Shown here in pieces: positions 15,209 through 24,625 of a stretch of DNA of 55,920 bases. The notes below the pieces were generated by a model that saw nothing but the letters and a program-made list of their open reading frames with translations, did no database searches and was not told where the DNA came from. This DNA is from a virus. Each line of letters begins with the position of its first letter. Positions within the stretch are counted from its first letter, which is position 1. Where the stretch lies: IMG/VR virus record IMGVR_UViG_3300006143_000014, positions 1 to 55,920 of that record; one strand, given 5' to 3'. A program made the position numbers and the translations under genes.

Positions 15209-15916
15209 TTAAACGGCGGGACCTGCGGTAAGTTTGCCTGTGCCGGCGTTGCCGTAGAACTTCGCGCCCACCAGGTCGTAAAGGCCAACCGCGCCGGATG
15301 GGTTGATGCAGGGAACAAGGTCGGCCACAGGGGTGCCGTTCTTATCAGCCTTTACGGAGTACAGCTTGGCATCAAGGCCGCTGGTGGCGCTTGTAAGGGA
15401 TGAATTAAGCAATTTAATTCCAGGGACAGCGGAAACCATTGTTCCATTTGTATAAGTATATTTGTCGCTTCCAACAAAAAATTGCTTTGTTGATCTGTTA
15501 ATAGAAATTTTGGTCTTCCTTGGAGTAGAATCTGAACTTACCGTGTAGTTTGGGGCCGAGCTGTAGTTTCCAAGAAGCCCCACAAATCCACCGCTCGTTT
15601 TTACATAAAGGTGGCAAAAATACTTGCTTGTGCTCGTTTTTTGATAATAAGCGTAAAAAACATATCGACTGTATGTAGAAGTCGTCTCCAGTATCTCCAC
15701 GTCCATATCCATAATGTAAAAGGAATATGGGCTAATATTTGTGTTGATGCAAGCCCCTCCGCTTGACTGGATATACTCCACCTCCGTATACCCCTCCGGC
15801 AGCCGGGACGGTTTTTTCTCCGCCCCAAACACCAGCTTGTCCCCCAGGTACGCCTTTTGAATCTTCTGTTCCCCCAAATACAGGCCCTTGATTTCCTGTT
15901 CTCCCAGTTTAAGCAT
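15209..15916 (-). CDS. Tail fibre / receptor-binding candidate, 235 aa
   Basis: N-terminal YLGEQKIQKAYLGDKLVF repeats typical of fibre proteins. The central part is visibly AT-richer than its flanks. Confidence 0.65.
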   Translation of the reverse strand: MLKLGEQEIKGLYLGEQKIQKAYLGDKLVFGAEKKPSRLPEGYTEVEYIQSSGGACINTNISPYSFYIMDMDVEILETTSTYSRYVFYAYYQKTSTSKYFCHLYVKTSGGFVGLLGNYSSAPNYTVSSDSTPRKTKISINRSTKQFFVGSDKYTYTNGTMVSAVPGIKLLNSSLTSATSGLDAKLYSVKADKNGTPVADLVPCINPSGAVGLYDLVGAKFYGNAGTGKLTAGPAV

Positions 15917-15920
15917 GGCG

Positions 15921-16412
15921 TCACCCCGCGATGAGATATATCGTGGTGGCGTCCTTCGTGGCCAGCGCGTCGTACTCCGCCTGGGTCAGCGCCTGGATGG
16001 CGGAGACTGACCCGGCGGGCACCGCGCCCACCTCTGCCGCCGTCGGCGTCCAGGTGTCGGGCCGCGCCCCCACCATCTCCGCCGTATAGTCCCCGCTCTG
16101 CGGGACCACCGCCCCCGCGCGTCCATTAAAACTTTCCACGCTGCCGGGCGGGTCCTCCCATGAGGCTCCGCTTTCCGTCTTAGTAAGTACTTGTCCCGCT
16201 GCCCCGCCGGACGGAACGCCCTCGCCCCGTTCTCCTGGCGGTCCCTGCGGCCCAGCCTCCCCACGCGTCCCCTGTTCTCCCTGGGGTCCGGGCGGCCCAA
16301 TCTTGCCTTGTTCGCCCTGCGGACCGATGGGGCCTCGCTCCCCTTGTGGGCCGGGAGGTCCGCGCCGTCCGCCGAACCCGGCGACCTTTATGCCATCTAC
16401 ACAAATTGCCAT
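15921..16412 (-). CDS. Collagen-like repeat tail fibre protein, 163 aa
   Basis: [48 protein letters not shown]. Confidence 0.8.
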   Translation of the reverse strand: MAICVDGIKVAGFGGRRGPPGPQGERGPIGPQGEQGKIGPPGPQGEQGTRGEAGPQGPPGERGEGVPSGGAAGQVLTKTESGASWEDPPGSVESFNGRAGAVVPQSGDYTAEMVGARPDTWTPTAAEVGAVPAGSVSAIQALTQAEYDALATKDATTIYLIAG

Positions 16413-16423
16413 TATCTCATCTC

Positions 16424-18751
16424 CTATACATAGCGGTAAGCGGCTACCGTGTCGAAAGCAACACCATTGATGCCACCCCCGAGCAGGGCGTAATTTCCTA
16501 TAGGGGCCGCAGCAGAACTTGAGTAATTTTGCATATTATCCAGCGATGTCCTGACGAGATAAGCATCGTATATGTCCCCGGTTGTCCCTTCATATGACCC
16601 AGAGAGTATCGCAAATCCGTTCAGCGTTGTACTGGCCATAAACTTGCGTGGGCTGTTCAAAGGCTCCGGGAGCGTTCGGGTCAAAAACATATCATATGCC
16701 TCCACGGTATCACAAGTCTTAGATCCGTTTGCCCCGCCAGCAAATAATACATAATTCCCTGCCCGCACAGCTGAAAGGTCTTTCCGTTCTTCCACCAAGC
16801 TAACCGGCAGAGTCCGCGTCAACGCGGAGTTATATGCGGTGACGTTGACCGCTGATCCCCCGCCGAATACAACATAGGAATCGTTAGACGCAGCCGCAAG
16901 ATAGGAAGACGGGGAAATAAGTCCAGATGATGGAGAAGACCTGGACAAATCATCATTATAAGCGTCCACAATATTGAGCGTACTTGTATTGCCACTTCCA
17001 CCGCCGAACAGGGCGTGGTTTCCTACTGTGGCCGCCGCAAGGCTGCCCCTTGCCTCGCTTAAATCTGCCGGCATAGATCGAACCAAATTTTCATCATACG
17101 CACTGACGAATCCAAGAAACTTTGGTGTTCCACCAAGCGCACTGAACTCTCCTCCCAACCCTCCGCCGAACAAAATATAACCTCCAATTACGGTTGCGGC
17201 GAGATTGGACGCCCGAGTTGTTAAGTCGCCCGCTGTACTATGGGTCAAATTCATATTATATACATCTACGTTTGGCTTGTAATTTCCTGGCCCGTATCCG
17301 CTTCCGCTATCGTATCCCCCGCCAAACAGCGTATACATTCCATTTGACGCGGCTGCAAGGCTGGACCGCGCCACACTCAGCGGCGTAATATTCGCCACAA
17401 ACTCAATATGCACCTCCGCCGTCAGCGACGCATTGTACTGCGATGTCACCTCAATGGTAACTGTGTTATACTGCGCCGCGCCCCGCACCGCGCTCACCGT
17501 CCACGTGCCCTCTTTAGGCAGGTCGAGAACCACCGTCCCAGTCTGGGACAAAGCGGAAACCTCTATTCCGTCCGTGTGTTTCGCTGTAACCACCGCGCCT
17601 GCGTCCGCCGTCACCGTCAAAACGGCCTGGAACGTGGATTCCAGCGCTCCCTCCACTCCAAACAGGGTAACGCCCTTTTTGATGTTGCCGGAAGACAGGT
17701 TTCCGTCTCCCTTAATCACCTGGTCGCCGCCCAAATACTGGCCGCCGGAAATTATTTTATCCGCCGTCCCCGGCATAATGCTTTGGCCCAGGAGGGTGGG
17801 AATTGCCCCCTCCACCTTTCCCGCGGCGGTATAGGCCGTCTTGGGCGAGAGGATGTCAAAGGAGGTGGCCGTGGCGTCGGAGGTGTCGCTCCCGCCGCTG
17901 ATCTGGCCGATGTTGTCCGCCATCTGGGCGAAGGTCGCGTCCTGGGCCGTGGGAACTCCCTTGTCAGTGATGGCGGACGCGACCAGGGCTTTCCCATCAC
18001 TGACAGAGGCTTTTAAACCGTCGATTGCGTCCTTTACCGACTCCTCCCCGCTGTAGACGATATCGTCCGCGTTGAGCGGCGCTTCCTCCTCCTCATCAAA
18101 TCGGACCGTGTGCGGACCGTCCCCCAGAATCAGCGGGAACTCCAGCGACGCCCCGCCCTCCGCCGTGACCACGTTCTCGGGCAGCGGCCCGCCTCCCCCG
18201 CCGCCGGACAGGGGTCCGTTGTTCACCCAGTCCCCTTTCACCCCGTCGTACACGTAGATGTCATAAGGGGCCGCAGTCCCCACGCCGTATGCGTCCCCGG
18301 CGCTTGGTAAGGGCACAGCGGCGCGCAGCGCCCATTCTGTGTCATAGTAGCCCAGGATGGTAAGGCCCTTTCCCGGGGGCCCCTGGGGCCCTCTGGGGCC
18401 GGTCTCACCATCGAGGCCAGGTACGCCCTGCTCCCCGCGTGGCAGCCCAAAGGCCAGGTTGACTTTTCCGTTTTTGGTGCTTTTGGTGACCGTGGCGCTC
18501 TGCCCGCTGGGCAGCGTGGCCGCCTCCACCGTCATATCGGTGACGGCGCTCACCGCGTCCGCAGCCCGATTAGCCGCCGCTTCCGCCTGGTCCACATAGC
18601 CTTGCACCTGCCCAATGACCGCCTGCCGCCCAAACTCCTTGAGCTGTGCGCCGGTAACCTTTACCGCCTGCCCCTGCTGTTCCGCTACAAGAAACGAATC
18701 ATCGTCCAGTGTCTGTGCCTGTGGCAGAGAACCAATATTGCTGTCAGCCAT
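16424..18751 (-). CDS. Large tail fibre / receptor-binding protein with collagen-like stretch and Kelch-like repeats, 775 aa
   Basis: [24 protein letters not shown], then about seven repeats of the type YxLFGGGxxG. Confidence 0.85.
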   Translation of the reverse strand: MADSNIGSLPQAQTLDDDSFLVAEQQGQAVKVTGAQLKEFGRQAVIGQVQGYVDQAEAAANRAADAVSAVTDMTVEAATLPSGQSATVTKSTKNGKVNLAFGLPRGEQGVPGLDGETGPRGPQGPPGKGLTILGYYDTEWALRAAVPLPSAGDAYGVGTAAPYDIYVYDGVKGDWVNNGPLSGGGGGGPLPENVVTAEGGASLEFPLILGDGPHTVRFDEEEEAPLNADDIVYSGEESVKDAIDGLKASVSDGKALVASAITDKGVPTAQDATFAQMADNIGQISGGSDTSDATATSFDILSPKTAYTAAGKVEGAIPTLLGQSIMPGTADKIISGGQYLGGDQVIKGDGNLSSGNIKKGVTLFGVEGALESTFQAVLTVTADAGAVVTAKHTDGIEVSALSQTGTVVLDLPKEGTWTVSAVRGAAQYNTVTIEVTSQYNASLTAEVHIEFVANITPLSVARSSLAAASNGMYTLFGGGYDSGSGYGPGNYKPNVDVYNMNLTHSTAGDLTTRASNLAATVIGGYILFGGGLGGEFSALGGTPKFLGFVSAYDENLVRSMPADLSEARGSLAAATVGNHALFGGGSGNTSTLNIVDAYNDDLSRSSPSSGLISPSSYLAAASNDSYVVFGGGSAVNVTAYNSALTRTLPVSLVEERKDLSAVRAGNYVLFAGGANGSKTCDTVEAYDMFLTRTLPEPLNSPRKFMASTTLNGFAILSGSYEGTTGDIYDAYLVRTSLDNMQNYSSSAAAPIGNYALLGGGINGVAFDTVAAYRYV

Positions 18752-19333
18752 TTACTTTCCTCCTTCCAGGGCCGCGACGCGGGAGTCCAGCTGCGTTACC
18801 GCGTTGGTTACGGCCTCCAGCACCGTTGTCAGGCGCTGAACCTCGCCCTTCATGCTGTTGAGTTCAATCTGCATTTCGCCCAGCGCCTTTTGAAAATAGG
18901 CCCGCAGACTGTCCGTATCGCTGCTCAAATTCTTTTTGGACGTGCTGGTGTATCGGTACTCGTGGGTGATTTCCTTTTCTCCCGGCGCTGATATGTCGGC
19001 CATATGTCCAGGGCCAAATTCCACCTTACGGTAGGCCAGCATGGAATACACTCCGCACACCGTCACAGCGTCTCCCATCTCGGCGTCCGGCGGAAGATAC
19101 GCTCCTCCGGCCTGAAAGCCCCGGTATTTCTTTTGATGGATAGCAAACAGGACGTTGTTCGCCATCTCCTGCGTCCCAAAGGTGCATTGCATCGTCAGAA
19201 CATACCCGCTGGCGTCCCCGGCGGTATACTCCGTGTTTTGGTCCACCAGGAGCTGCACTCCCGTGATAGGCCCCACGTCGCTGTACCGCTCAAAGTCGGC
19301 CACGGCCCGGCCCAGAAAATGTTTTCCGTTCAT
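18752..19333 (-). CDS. Tail tip / baseplate-associated protein, 193 aa
   Basis: Position between the tail-tip and fibre genes. C-terminal coiled coil. Confidence 0.6.
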   Translation of the reverse strand: MNGKHFLGRAVADFERYSDVGPITGVQLLVDQNTEYTAGDASGYVLTMQCTFGTQEMANNVLFAIHQKKYRGFQAGGAYLPPDAEMGDAVTVCGVYSMLAYRKVEFGPGHMADISAPGEKEITHEYRYTSTSKKNLSSDTDSLRAYFQKALGEMQIELNSMKGEVQRLTTVLEAVTNAVTQLDSRVAALEGGK

Positions 19334-19947
19334 ATCAGTATCCGCGTCCCTCCAAAGGTGATGGCGCTGCCCCCCTCGGTCACCAGGTAATGGGTCTCCG
19401 GGGGCAGGGCGGAGAACAGCGGAATCAGCAGCAGCTTATCCTCCGCCGTCATAATCCAGTTCCCGCCGTGGGCGGCGGCCACGTCCCGCAGCAGGTCCCG
19501 CCGGGAGTAGTCCCCCTCCGGGTAGGCGGGTATCGTGTAGGGCCGGAACACATTGCGCGGGTCCAGCTCCACGCCCATGCTGGCCGCGCAGTCCCGGACG
19601 GCCTCCTCCATGGTGCACGGGAAGACAAACCCTGTTCGCGGCGTCCAAATGGTCTCCGACTTCATCATGGAGTCGTATGCAATCACGTGCATCAAATCCC
19701 CGCTTGTCTCCCGCGTGTCGATGTAGAACACGCCCAGCGGCGTCCAGTCCTCCGTCTCCCATTTCCGGCAGAAAGGCGCGATCTTCGCCATGCGCGGGAT
19801 GATTCCCTTGGGCCAGAACCTTATTTCCAGCTCCGCCACGCAGGCATTTCCAACTGACAGTTCCTTAAATAACGGCTGAGTTATGGTCACGGACTGAATG
19901 TCCTTCATCTGATAGGCCGCGCCGCCGATGTCAACCTTGTACTGCAT
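19330..19947 (-). CDS. Tail tip protein (Tal-like N-terminal region), 205 aa
   Basis: ATG at 19947 lies behind AGGTGG. Position after the Dit-like gene. Confidence 0.6.
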   Translation of the reverse strand: MQYKVDIGGAAYQMKDIQSVTITQPLFKELSVGNACVAELEIRFWPKGIIPRMAKIAPFCRKWETEDWTPLGVFYIDTRETSGDLMHVIAYDSMMKSETIWTPRTGFVFPCTMEEAVRDCAASMGVELDPRNVFRPYTIPAYPEGDYSRRDLLRDVAAAHGGNWIMTAEDKLLLIPLFSALPPETHYLVTEGGSAITFGGTRILI

Positions 19948-19954
19948 GGCCCAC

Positions 19955-20332
19955 CTACTTCTCAATCAGCGGGAAGGTCACGCCGCTCCACCACTCCGTG
20001 CCGTCCGGGTGCTTAATCTGAAACGCCGCGGGGTTGTTGTTGGAGTACATCGTCCGGGTGACCTCCTGCCCCTGCTGGGGGTCATAGTAAGTCACCTGCA
20101 CCCACTCCGGCATGATGAGGGACAAAACCGTGCTCAGCTCTTTTTCCTTCAGAATGCGGCAGGTAATATCCAACCTCCGCTTGGTCGCCACCCGGTTCCG
20201 GCGCAGATCCCCGGTGAGGTCCCGCCCCGCGCCGGGTCCGTCCACGTCGGAGCGCTGCCACTTGAAGCCGCCGTAGGCGATATACGGCAGAATGTCCACG
20301 CCGTCTATCCTGCACACCATTGCCACGTTCAT
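19955..20332 (-). CDS. Small distal-tail (Dit-like) protein, 125 aa
   Basis: First conserved structural ORF after the island that follows the tape measure. The start is uncertain (20332 or 20320). Confidence 0.5.
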   Translation of the reverse strand: MNVAMVCRIDGVDILPYIAYGGFKWQRSDVDGPGAGRDLTGDLRRNRVATKRRLDITCRILKEKELSTVLSLIMPEWVQVTYYDPQQGQEVTRTMYSNNNPAAFQIKHPDGTEWWSGVTFPLIEK

Positions 20333-20395
20333 CACCACCAAAACATAAAATCCCCGCCATCTGAATGCAGATAGCGGGGAGTTCGATGGATTCAA

Positions 20396-20572
20396 TTATT
20401 GCAGCAGCGAGAAGAACCCGAGAACGAGAACACACGCCGCAATCAAGGAGACCACCAGCATAATGAGGTTGTACTTCTGCTGTGCGCTCATGGGGTTTGG
20501 GTTCGCGTGGCGAATACGAATGCCTTTTTCATTCACGGTCAGCTCATAAAGCTTTATCTTTTCCTCCTTCAT
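20396..20572 (-). CDS. Small membrane-anchored protein, 58 aa
   Basis: ATG at 20572 forms an ATGA overlap with the Rha stop. C-terminal TM LIMLVVSLIAACVLVLGFF. Confidence 0.5.
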   Translation of the reverse strand: MKEEKIKLYELTVNEKGIRIRHANPNPMSAQQKYNLIMLVVSLIAACVLVLGFFSLLQ

Positions 20573-21312
20573 GCTGTCGCGCCCCCTTTCAGGAGTCCTC
20601 TCAGCTTTTCTACAGCCCGGTCGTTGTACCGCCACACGGGAATCTGCTTTGCGCTGTGCTTGGACTTGTCCCATACTTCGATGCCATACTCCGCGCTTTT
20701 TAGCCCATGCTGGTTCGCCATCCGGCCTACCATGTTTGCGCTCACGCCGCCCAGAATCTCGCCAACCTCAGCCGCACTGTAGGTCTTCTCGGCCACCGGC
20801 GGAAGCGGAAGCACCGCCTCCCCGCCCGTCAGCTCCGCGCTGGCGTAGTGGGCGCATATCTGCTGGAACGTGGGGATGGGGTTCGTCTGGGCCAGCTTCA
20901 GCCAGACGGACGCTTTCCGCGCCCTGCTGTTGTTCAGCTTGGCTTCGGCCAGGGCGGCCTTGTCCGGCGGGAGCTGCTTGCGCTGGATATGTTCCCGCAT
21001 CTTCTCAAAGGCGGTCACGTAGGCCGCGGTGAACAGCACGCCCTTCTCCCCGGTCATCTTGTTCGCCACCATGTCGCACCCCTTCTTGGTCAGGAGGTAG
21101 CACGGAAGGGCGCGGCCCGTGGTGTCGTAGTAGGTGTGCGGGATGAAAAAGTCACTCGGCTGAAATTTCAGCTCAGTGGAATCATCCATAGTCTGGATAT
21201 ACCCGCGAATATCGGCAAGCAGGTTCTTGTGTTGCTTCTCCACCATCCGGGCCACTTCCCGGCTGTCCACCACCTCGTTTTTCTTGTAGGTGAATACTTG
21301 CAGGCCGTTCAT
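20569..21312 (-). CDS. Rha-family phage regulatory protein
   Basis: VVDSREVARMVEKQHKNLLADIRGYI matches the Phage_pRha N-terminal signature. Confidence 0.85.
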   Translation of the reverse strand: MNGLQVFTYKKNEVVDSREVARMVEKQHKNLLADIRGYIQTMDDSTELKFQPSDFFIPHTYYDTTGRALPCYLLTKKGCDMVANKMTGEKGVLFTAAYVTAFEKMREHIQRKQLPPDKAALAEAKLNNSRARKASVWLKLAQTNPIPTFQQICAHYASAELTGGEAVLPLPPVAEKTYSAAEVGEILGGVSANMVGRMANQHGLKSAEYGIEVWDKSKHSAKQIPVWRYNDRAVEKLRGLLKGGATA

Positions 21313-21533
21313 GCGGGCACCCCCTTTTTAGCCTGACACTCCGCACAGTCAATGTCTGCTTGGAAGTCTTGGCAGATACAGGATAAGAGGTCGCTTGCGT
21401 AGGACATAGAATCTACCATCTTGTCGTCATCATCCATTGCGAAGCGGATTGTCTCTAACAGGGAACCAAAGCAAATCAGACACCCCATGATATCGTCCAG
21501 CTTAGAGGCGGACATAACAAGGTTTTTGCTCAT
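21309..21533 (-). CDS. Hypothetical Cys-containing acidic protein, 74 aa
   Basis: ORF coupled to its neighbours by overlapping stop and start codons. Confidence 0.5.
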   Translation of the reverse strand: MSKNLVMSASKLDDIMGCLICFGSLLETIRFAMDDDDKMVDSMSYASDLLSCICQDFQADIDCAECQAKKGVPA

Positions 21534-21739
21534 GCCGTCGCCCTCCCCTCTGCTTTCGCAGCACGGTAGCCTTTGGCGCAGCCATAGTCGAACGCCAGAC
21601 AGATAATGTCAACAGGCGTTTCCGCTGCGCCCTTCGCCAAGTCCAGCGTTTCTCTGACGCTCATTTGGTAGGGGCTTGCGAGTGAAACATTCATTTTCGT
21701 CCGCTCGATGTACTTCTTCATCTTCTCGATCTCGGTCAT
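21530..21739 (-). CDS. Hypothetical protein, 69 aa
   Basis: ATG at 21739 lies behind AAGGAGGA. MTEIEKMKKYIERTKMN.... Confidence 0.5.
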   Translation of the reverse strand: MTEIEKMKKYIERTKMNVSLASPYQMSVRETLDLAKGAAETPVDIICLAFDYGCAKGYRAAKAEGRATA

Positions 21740-21848
21740 TTTGTCATTTCCTCCTTGCAATTACGGGGGAGGAGTGATACAATGGTGGTATCAATCCTCC
21801 GGGGTTGGTTTAGGGTTTCGGCGTTGCTTTGACGGGCTGCCGGAACCC

Positions 21849-22004
21849 TTACTTTTTTTCTTCCAGGTACTCCAGGACAATCATTCGGATGAGCCCACTT
21901 ACAGAAGTTCCCTTTTTCTCTGCAAGCGCTCTAAGTTTCTCCATGATTTCTGGCGAGAAGAATACATTCGTTCTTTCGCTGTTGGCCTTTGGCTTTGGGG
22001 ACAC
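21849..22004 (-). CDS. Ribbon-helix-helix (CopG/Arc-type) protein, 51 aa
   Basis: GTG at 22004 lies behind GAGGAGGTG. ...TNVFFSPEIMEKLRALAEKKGTSVSGLIRMIVLEYLEE. It is below the ORF-track cutoff. Confidence 0.65.
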   Translation of the reverse strand: MSPKPKANSERTNVFFSPEIMEKLRALAEKKGTSVSGLIRMIVLEYLEEKK

Positions 22005-22026
22005 TGTTTTCACCTCCTCGCCACTT

Positions 22027-22055
22027 ATAATATCACCATTTTATCATCATGTCAA
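22027..22055 (-). promoter_or_regulatory. Promoter TTGACA-17-TATTAT driving the RHH/Rha operon
   Basis: Consensus hexamers read on the minus strand, 23 nt upstream of the RHH start. Confidence 0.55.
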
Positions 22056-22145
22056 GGTGATTTTATAAAATAATTTGGTGACTAAAGGCTCTCGTGTGTG
22101 GACAATCTGCGCTCATTGTGGTATTCTTCCTTTGGGGTGAGGAAT

Positions 22146-22457
22146 ATGGCAAACTATACAACCAGCACAAGCGACAAATCTAAGGATGAGGCGCTCAAGC
22201 GGTGGAAGTTAGGAGCTTTAGGGCTCTTTGGTTTGGAGTACTTTTATGTTGGAAGGGTAAAGGCAGGAATCGTCCGGGTTTTGATTGGAGTTTTTCTGAT
22301 ATTAGGTATTTTTAGCGGACTTATTGGAGGCAGCATTGACTTTCTGAGCGCAATAATTGGGTTACCGATTTTGTGGGCAATTATTGCCACACCAAATTTT
22401 TACAGACTAAAAATGGGGACATTTCGTGATAACGTTGGGAACCCATTAAGAGAATAA
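22146..22457 (+). CDS. TM2-like membrane protein, 103 aa
   Basis: ATG at 22146 lies behind GGGGTGAGGA. LGLFGLEYFYVGRVKAGIVRVLIGVF. Confidence 0.65.
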   Translation: MANYTTSTSDKSKDEALKRWKLGALGLFGLEYFYVGRVKAGIVRVLIGVFLILGIFSGLIGGSIDFLSAIIGLPILWAIIATPNFYRLKMGTFRDNVGNPLRE

Positions 22458-22498
22458 AGCAACAAGCCCTCTGCTGATTTTTAAAAGATGGTGATGAT

Positions 22499-23086
22499 AT
22501 GGGAATATTTTTTGCTTTCTTTGAGCTTTTTAATGCCATGTTTGCCGCATTTAAAATCTTTTTGCTTTTAATACCAGTCTTAATTATTATAATTGTTTTA
22601 ATTTTAGTTCAGGGGAAGAAAAACAGGGACAAGGCAAAAGAGATTCAAGCGCAACAGAAATCTTACAGATATTGTCGCAACTGCGGGCAAACACTGAGCG
22701 CGAATTCAACTATATGCGCCAGTTGTGGTGCACGGGCTGGAACCGGGAAAAGATATTGCCCTCGGTGTGGGAACAAGACAGATGAGCTTGCTGTGATTTG
22801 CGTGAATTGTGGGATTCCTCTTGAAAAGACATCTTTGCGTGATGTTTCTCCTAAGTCGAAAGTCGCAGCAGGATTGTTTGGGATTTTGTTTGGAAGTTTA
22901 GGAGTACATAATTTTTACCTTGGATATACACTTAAAGCAGTTTCACAAGTTATAATTACTGTATTTTGCTTTATATTCGGCCTGTTTTTCGGAAATTTCA
23001 TTGTGGCTATATGGGGATTGATTGAAGGAATCATGATACTGGCTGGTGGGATTTCAAAAGATGCAAACGGAAGGGTGCTATCCTAA
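22499..23086 (+). CDS. Zinc-ribbon plus TM2-domain membrane protein
   Basis: CRNCG..CASCG..CPRCG..CVNCG, then GLFGILFGSLGVHNFYLGY. Paralog of 5796..6188. Confidence 0.8.
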   Translation: MGIFFAFFELFNAMFAAFKIFLLLIPVLIIIIVLILVQGKKNRDKAKEIQAQQKSYRYCRNCGQTLSANSTICASCGARAGTGKRYCPRCGNKTDELAVICVNCGIPLEKTSLRDVSPKSKVAAGLFGILFGSLGVHNFYLGYTLKAVSQVIITVFCFIFGLFFGNFIVAIWGLIEGIMILAGGISKDANGRVLS

Positions 23087-23097
23087 AATTAGATACG

Positions 23098-23550
23098 ATG
23101 AAGGGAGCGATTTCTGTGTTCTGCCAAAAGTGCGGTACAAGCATTCCAGATAACAGCGAAAAGTGCCCCAATTGCGGTGCTCTGCGCGATGGGCTGAAAT
23201 ATTGCAAATATTGTGGAAAAATTATTGATAAAGAATGTGTTGTCTGCCCGAAATGCGGAAAGCAGGTAGAAGAAATAAGGGGCGGACAACCAAATATCGT
23301 CATCAACAATTCAAATAGCAACCAAAACGTCAATCAAAACGCGATGATTGCTGGCGGTCGTCTCAGAAACAAGTGGGTTGCGCTTATCTTGTGTATCTTG
23401 CTGGGAGTCTTTGGGGCACACAAATTCTATGAGGGAAAGATCGGAATGGGGATATTGTATTTGTTCACCTTTGGCCTATTGGGCATTGGGTGGCTTGTTG
23501 ATATTTTTGTCCTTGCTTTTAAGCCAAATCCCTATATCGTATACGCCTAA
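23098..23550 (+). CDS. Zinc-ribbon plus TM2-domain membrane protein
   Basis: CQKCG..CPNCG..CKYCG..CPKCG, then ILLGVFGAHKFYEGKIGMGILYL. Confidence 0.8.
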   Translation: MKGAISVFCQKCGTSIPDNSEKCPNCGALRDGLKYCKYCGKIIDKECVVCPKCGKQVEEIRGGQPNIVINNSNSNQNVNQNAMIAGGRLRNKWVALILCILLGVFGAHKFYEGKIGMGILYLFTFGLLGIGWLVDIFVLAFKPNPYIVYA

Positions 23551-23554
23551 AAAA

Positions 23555-23593
23555 CAGCCCTCCGCTGAAAATCAGCGGAGGGCTGCTTTTTTG
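23555..23593. terminator. Strong rho-independent terminator
   Basis: Perfect 14-bp stem CAGCCCTCCGCTGA-aaa-TCAGCGGAGGGCTG followed by CTTTTTTG. Confidence 0.85.
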
Positions 23594-23768
23594 TTAAAAT
23601 CCAAAGTTATGGGCCTGATTTACAACAATTTCATAGTCATCATATTCAACAACGTGATAGTCATTCCCAACAGGGCGATAGAACTCAATCGTTACATACA
23701 CCTCTAATCCTTAAAGAGTGCCCCCTCCACGTTTTCGCGGAGGGGGTATTGTTTTTCTTAAATTTCCG

Positions 23769-24455
23769 CTATGCCGTTTTCTCTGGCAGGAATGCGGCTG
23801 GGTTGTCAAGAATCGCTTTCACGCCTTGGTAGTCCTGGCCCAGCTGAACCAGTCCCTGGATGATGCTCTCATACCGGGTAACTTCCCGCATCTGCTGGGG
23901 CGTCAGCAACTCCCGAACATTGAAGTCTTTCGGTTTGTCGTACATTTCCCGCAGCTGCTTCGCGTTGTAACCCGTCACGTGCTTATATACCAGGTCGGTG
24001 TACTGCTTATAGGCCCACTTTTTATTGGGGCTCTCCGGGAGGGCCTCTTTGAGAATGTCAGTGAACAGACGGCGTTCAGCCTTAGACCTGGCCCGGATAA
24101 TTTTCATCTCTCGGTAACGCTTTTCTGCCTCAATGAAGTACCGGCGGATCATCTTCCCCATATCACTTCGTTCAAGCATCGCCATTTCTTTAGCGGTGTC
24201 CATTGTTACGATGTAATCTACCAGGGTTTGACGACCGTCTTTTTTGACGACCGTCACATAATCTCTGTTTTCGGCCGCGTCAACATCTTCCAATCTGCGT
24301 CTTGCCCAATGTGAATACTCAGTTTTAACTTTGAGTGCCGCCCATAATTCACGGCTATTCACTACTTGCTCATGGAAGTTGCTCCCATCAATGCAGTTCT
24401 TTTCGTAGATAGGAACAATGCTTTTTTCGAGAACTTTCATTTCTTCAAATTTCAT
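23769..24455 (-). CDS. AntA/AntB-type antirepressor-like protein
   Basis: VVNSRELWAALKVKTEYSHWARRRLEDVDAAENRDYV matches the AntA N-terminal pattern. Confidence 0.8.
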   Translation of the reverse strand: MKFEEMKVLEKSIVPIYEKNCIDGSNFHEQVVNSRELWAALKVKTEYSHWARRRLEDVDAAENRDYVTVVKKDGRQTLVDYIVTMDTAKEMAMLERSDMGKMIRRYFIEAEKRYREMKIIRARSKAERRLFTDILKEALPESPNKKWAYKQYTDLVYKHVTGYNAKQLREMYDKPKDFNVRELLTPQQMREVTRYESIIQGLVQLGQDYQGVKAILDNPAAFLPEKTA

Positions 24456-24577
24456 AAAGACATCCTTTCTAATACATTAAGGTTTGAAATCATCAAAATC
24501 TCCGCTATCTGTATTCAGTTGACAAGGTGCGCTGGCTTTCGCCGGTCCAAACCCGCGAACCCGCTTGGTTCACAGGC

Positions 24578-24609
24578 TTGGACTGGCGGCGGCTAACTGC
24601 CGCCCCAGT
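24578..24609 (-). repeat. 32-nt conserved hairpin, copy A (just downstream of the tape-measure stop)
   Basis: TTGGACTGGCGGCGGC-taact-GCCGCCCCAGT. It is identical to 29054..29085 except for the 5-nt loop. Confidence 0.8.
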
Positions 24610-24625
24610 GTTGAAGCTTTGCCGC

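Noticed and set aside
13367-18751. A diversity-generating retroelement targeting the fibre genes.
   Set aside because: There is no reverse transcriptase gene and no template/variable repeat pair anywhere in the genome.
21309-22004. The RHH protein plus downstream small ORFs as a type II toxin-antitoxin pair.
   Set aside because: The downstream 69-aa and 74-aa proteins show no toxin family motifs that I can recognise (RelE/ParE, MazF, PIN, HicA, Doc). The RHH is more simply an operon regulator.
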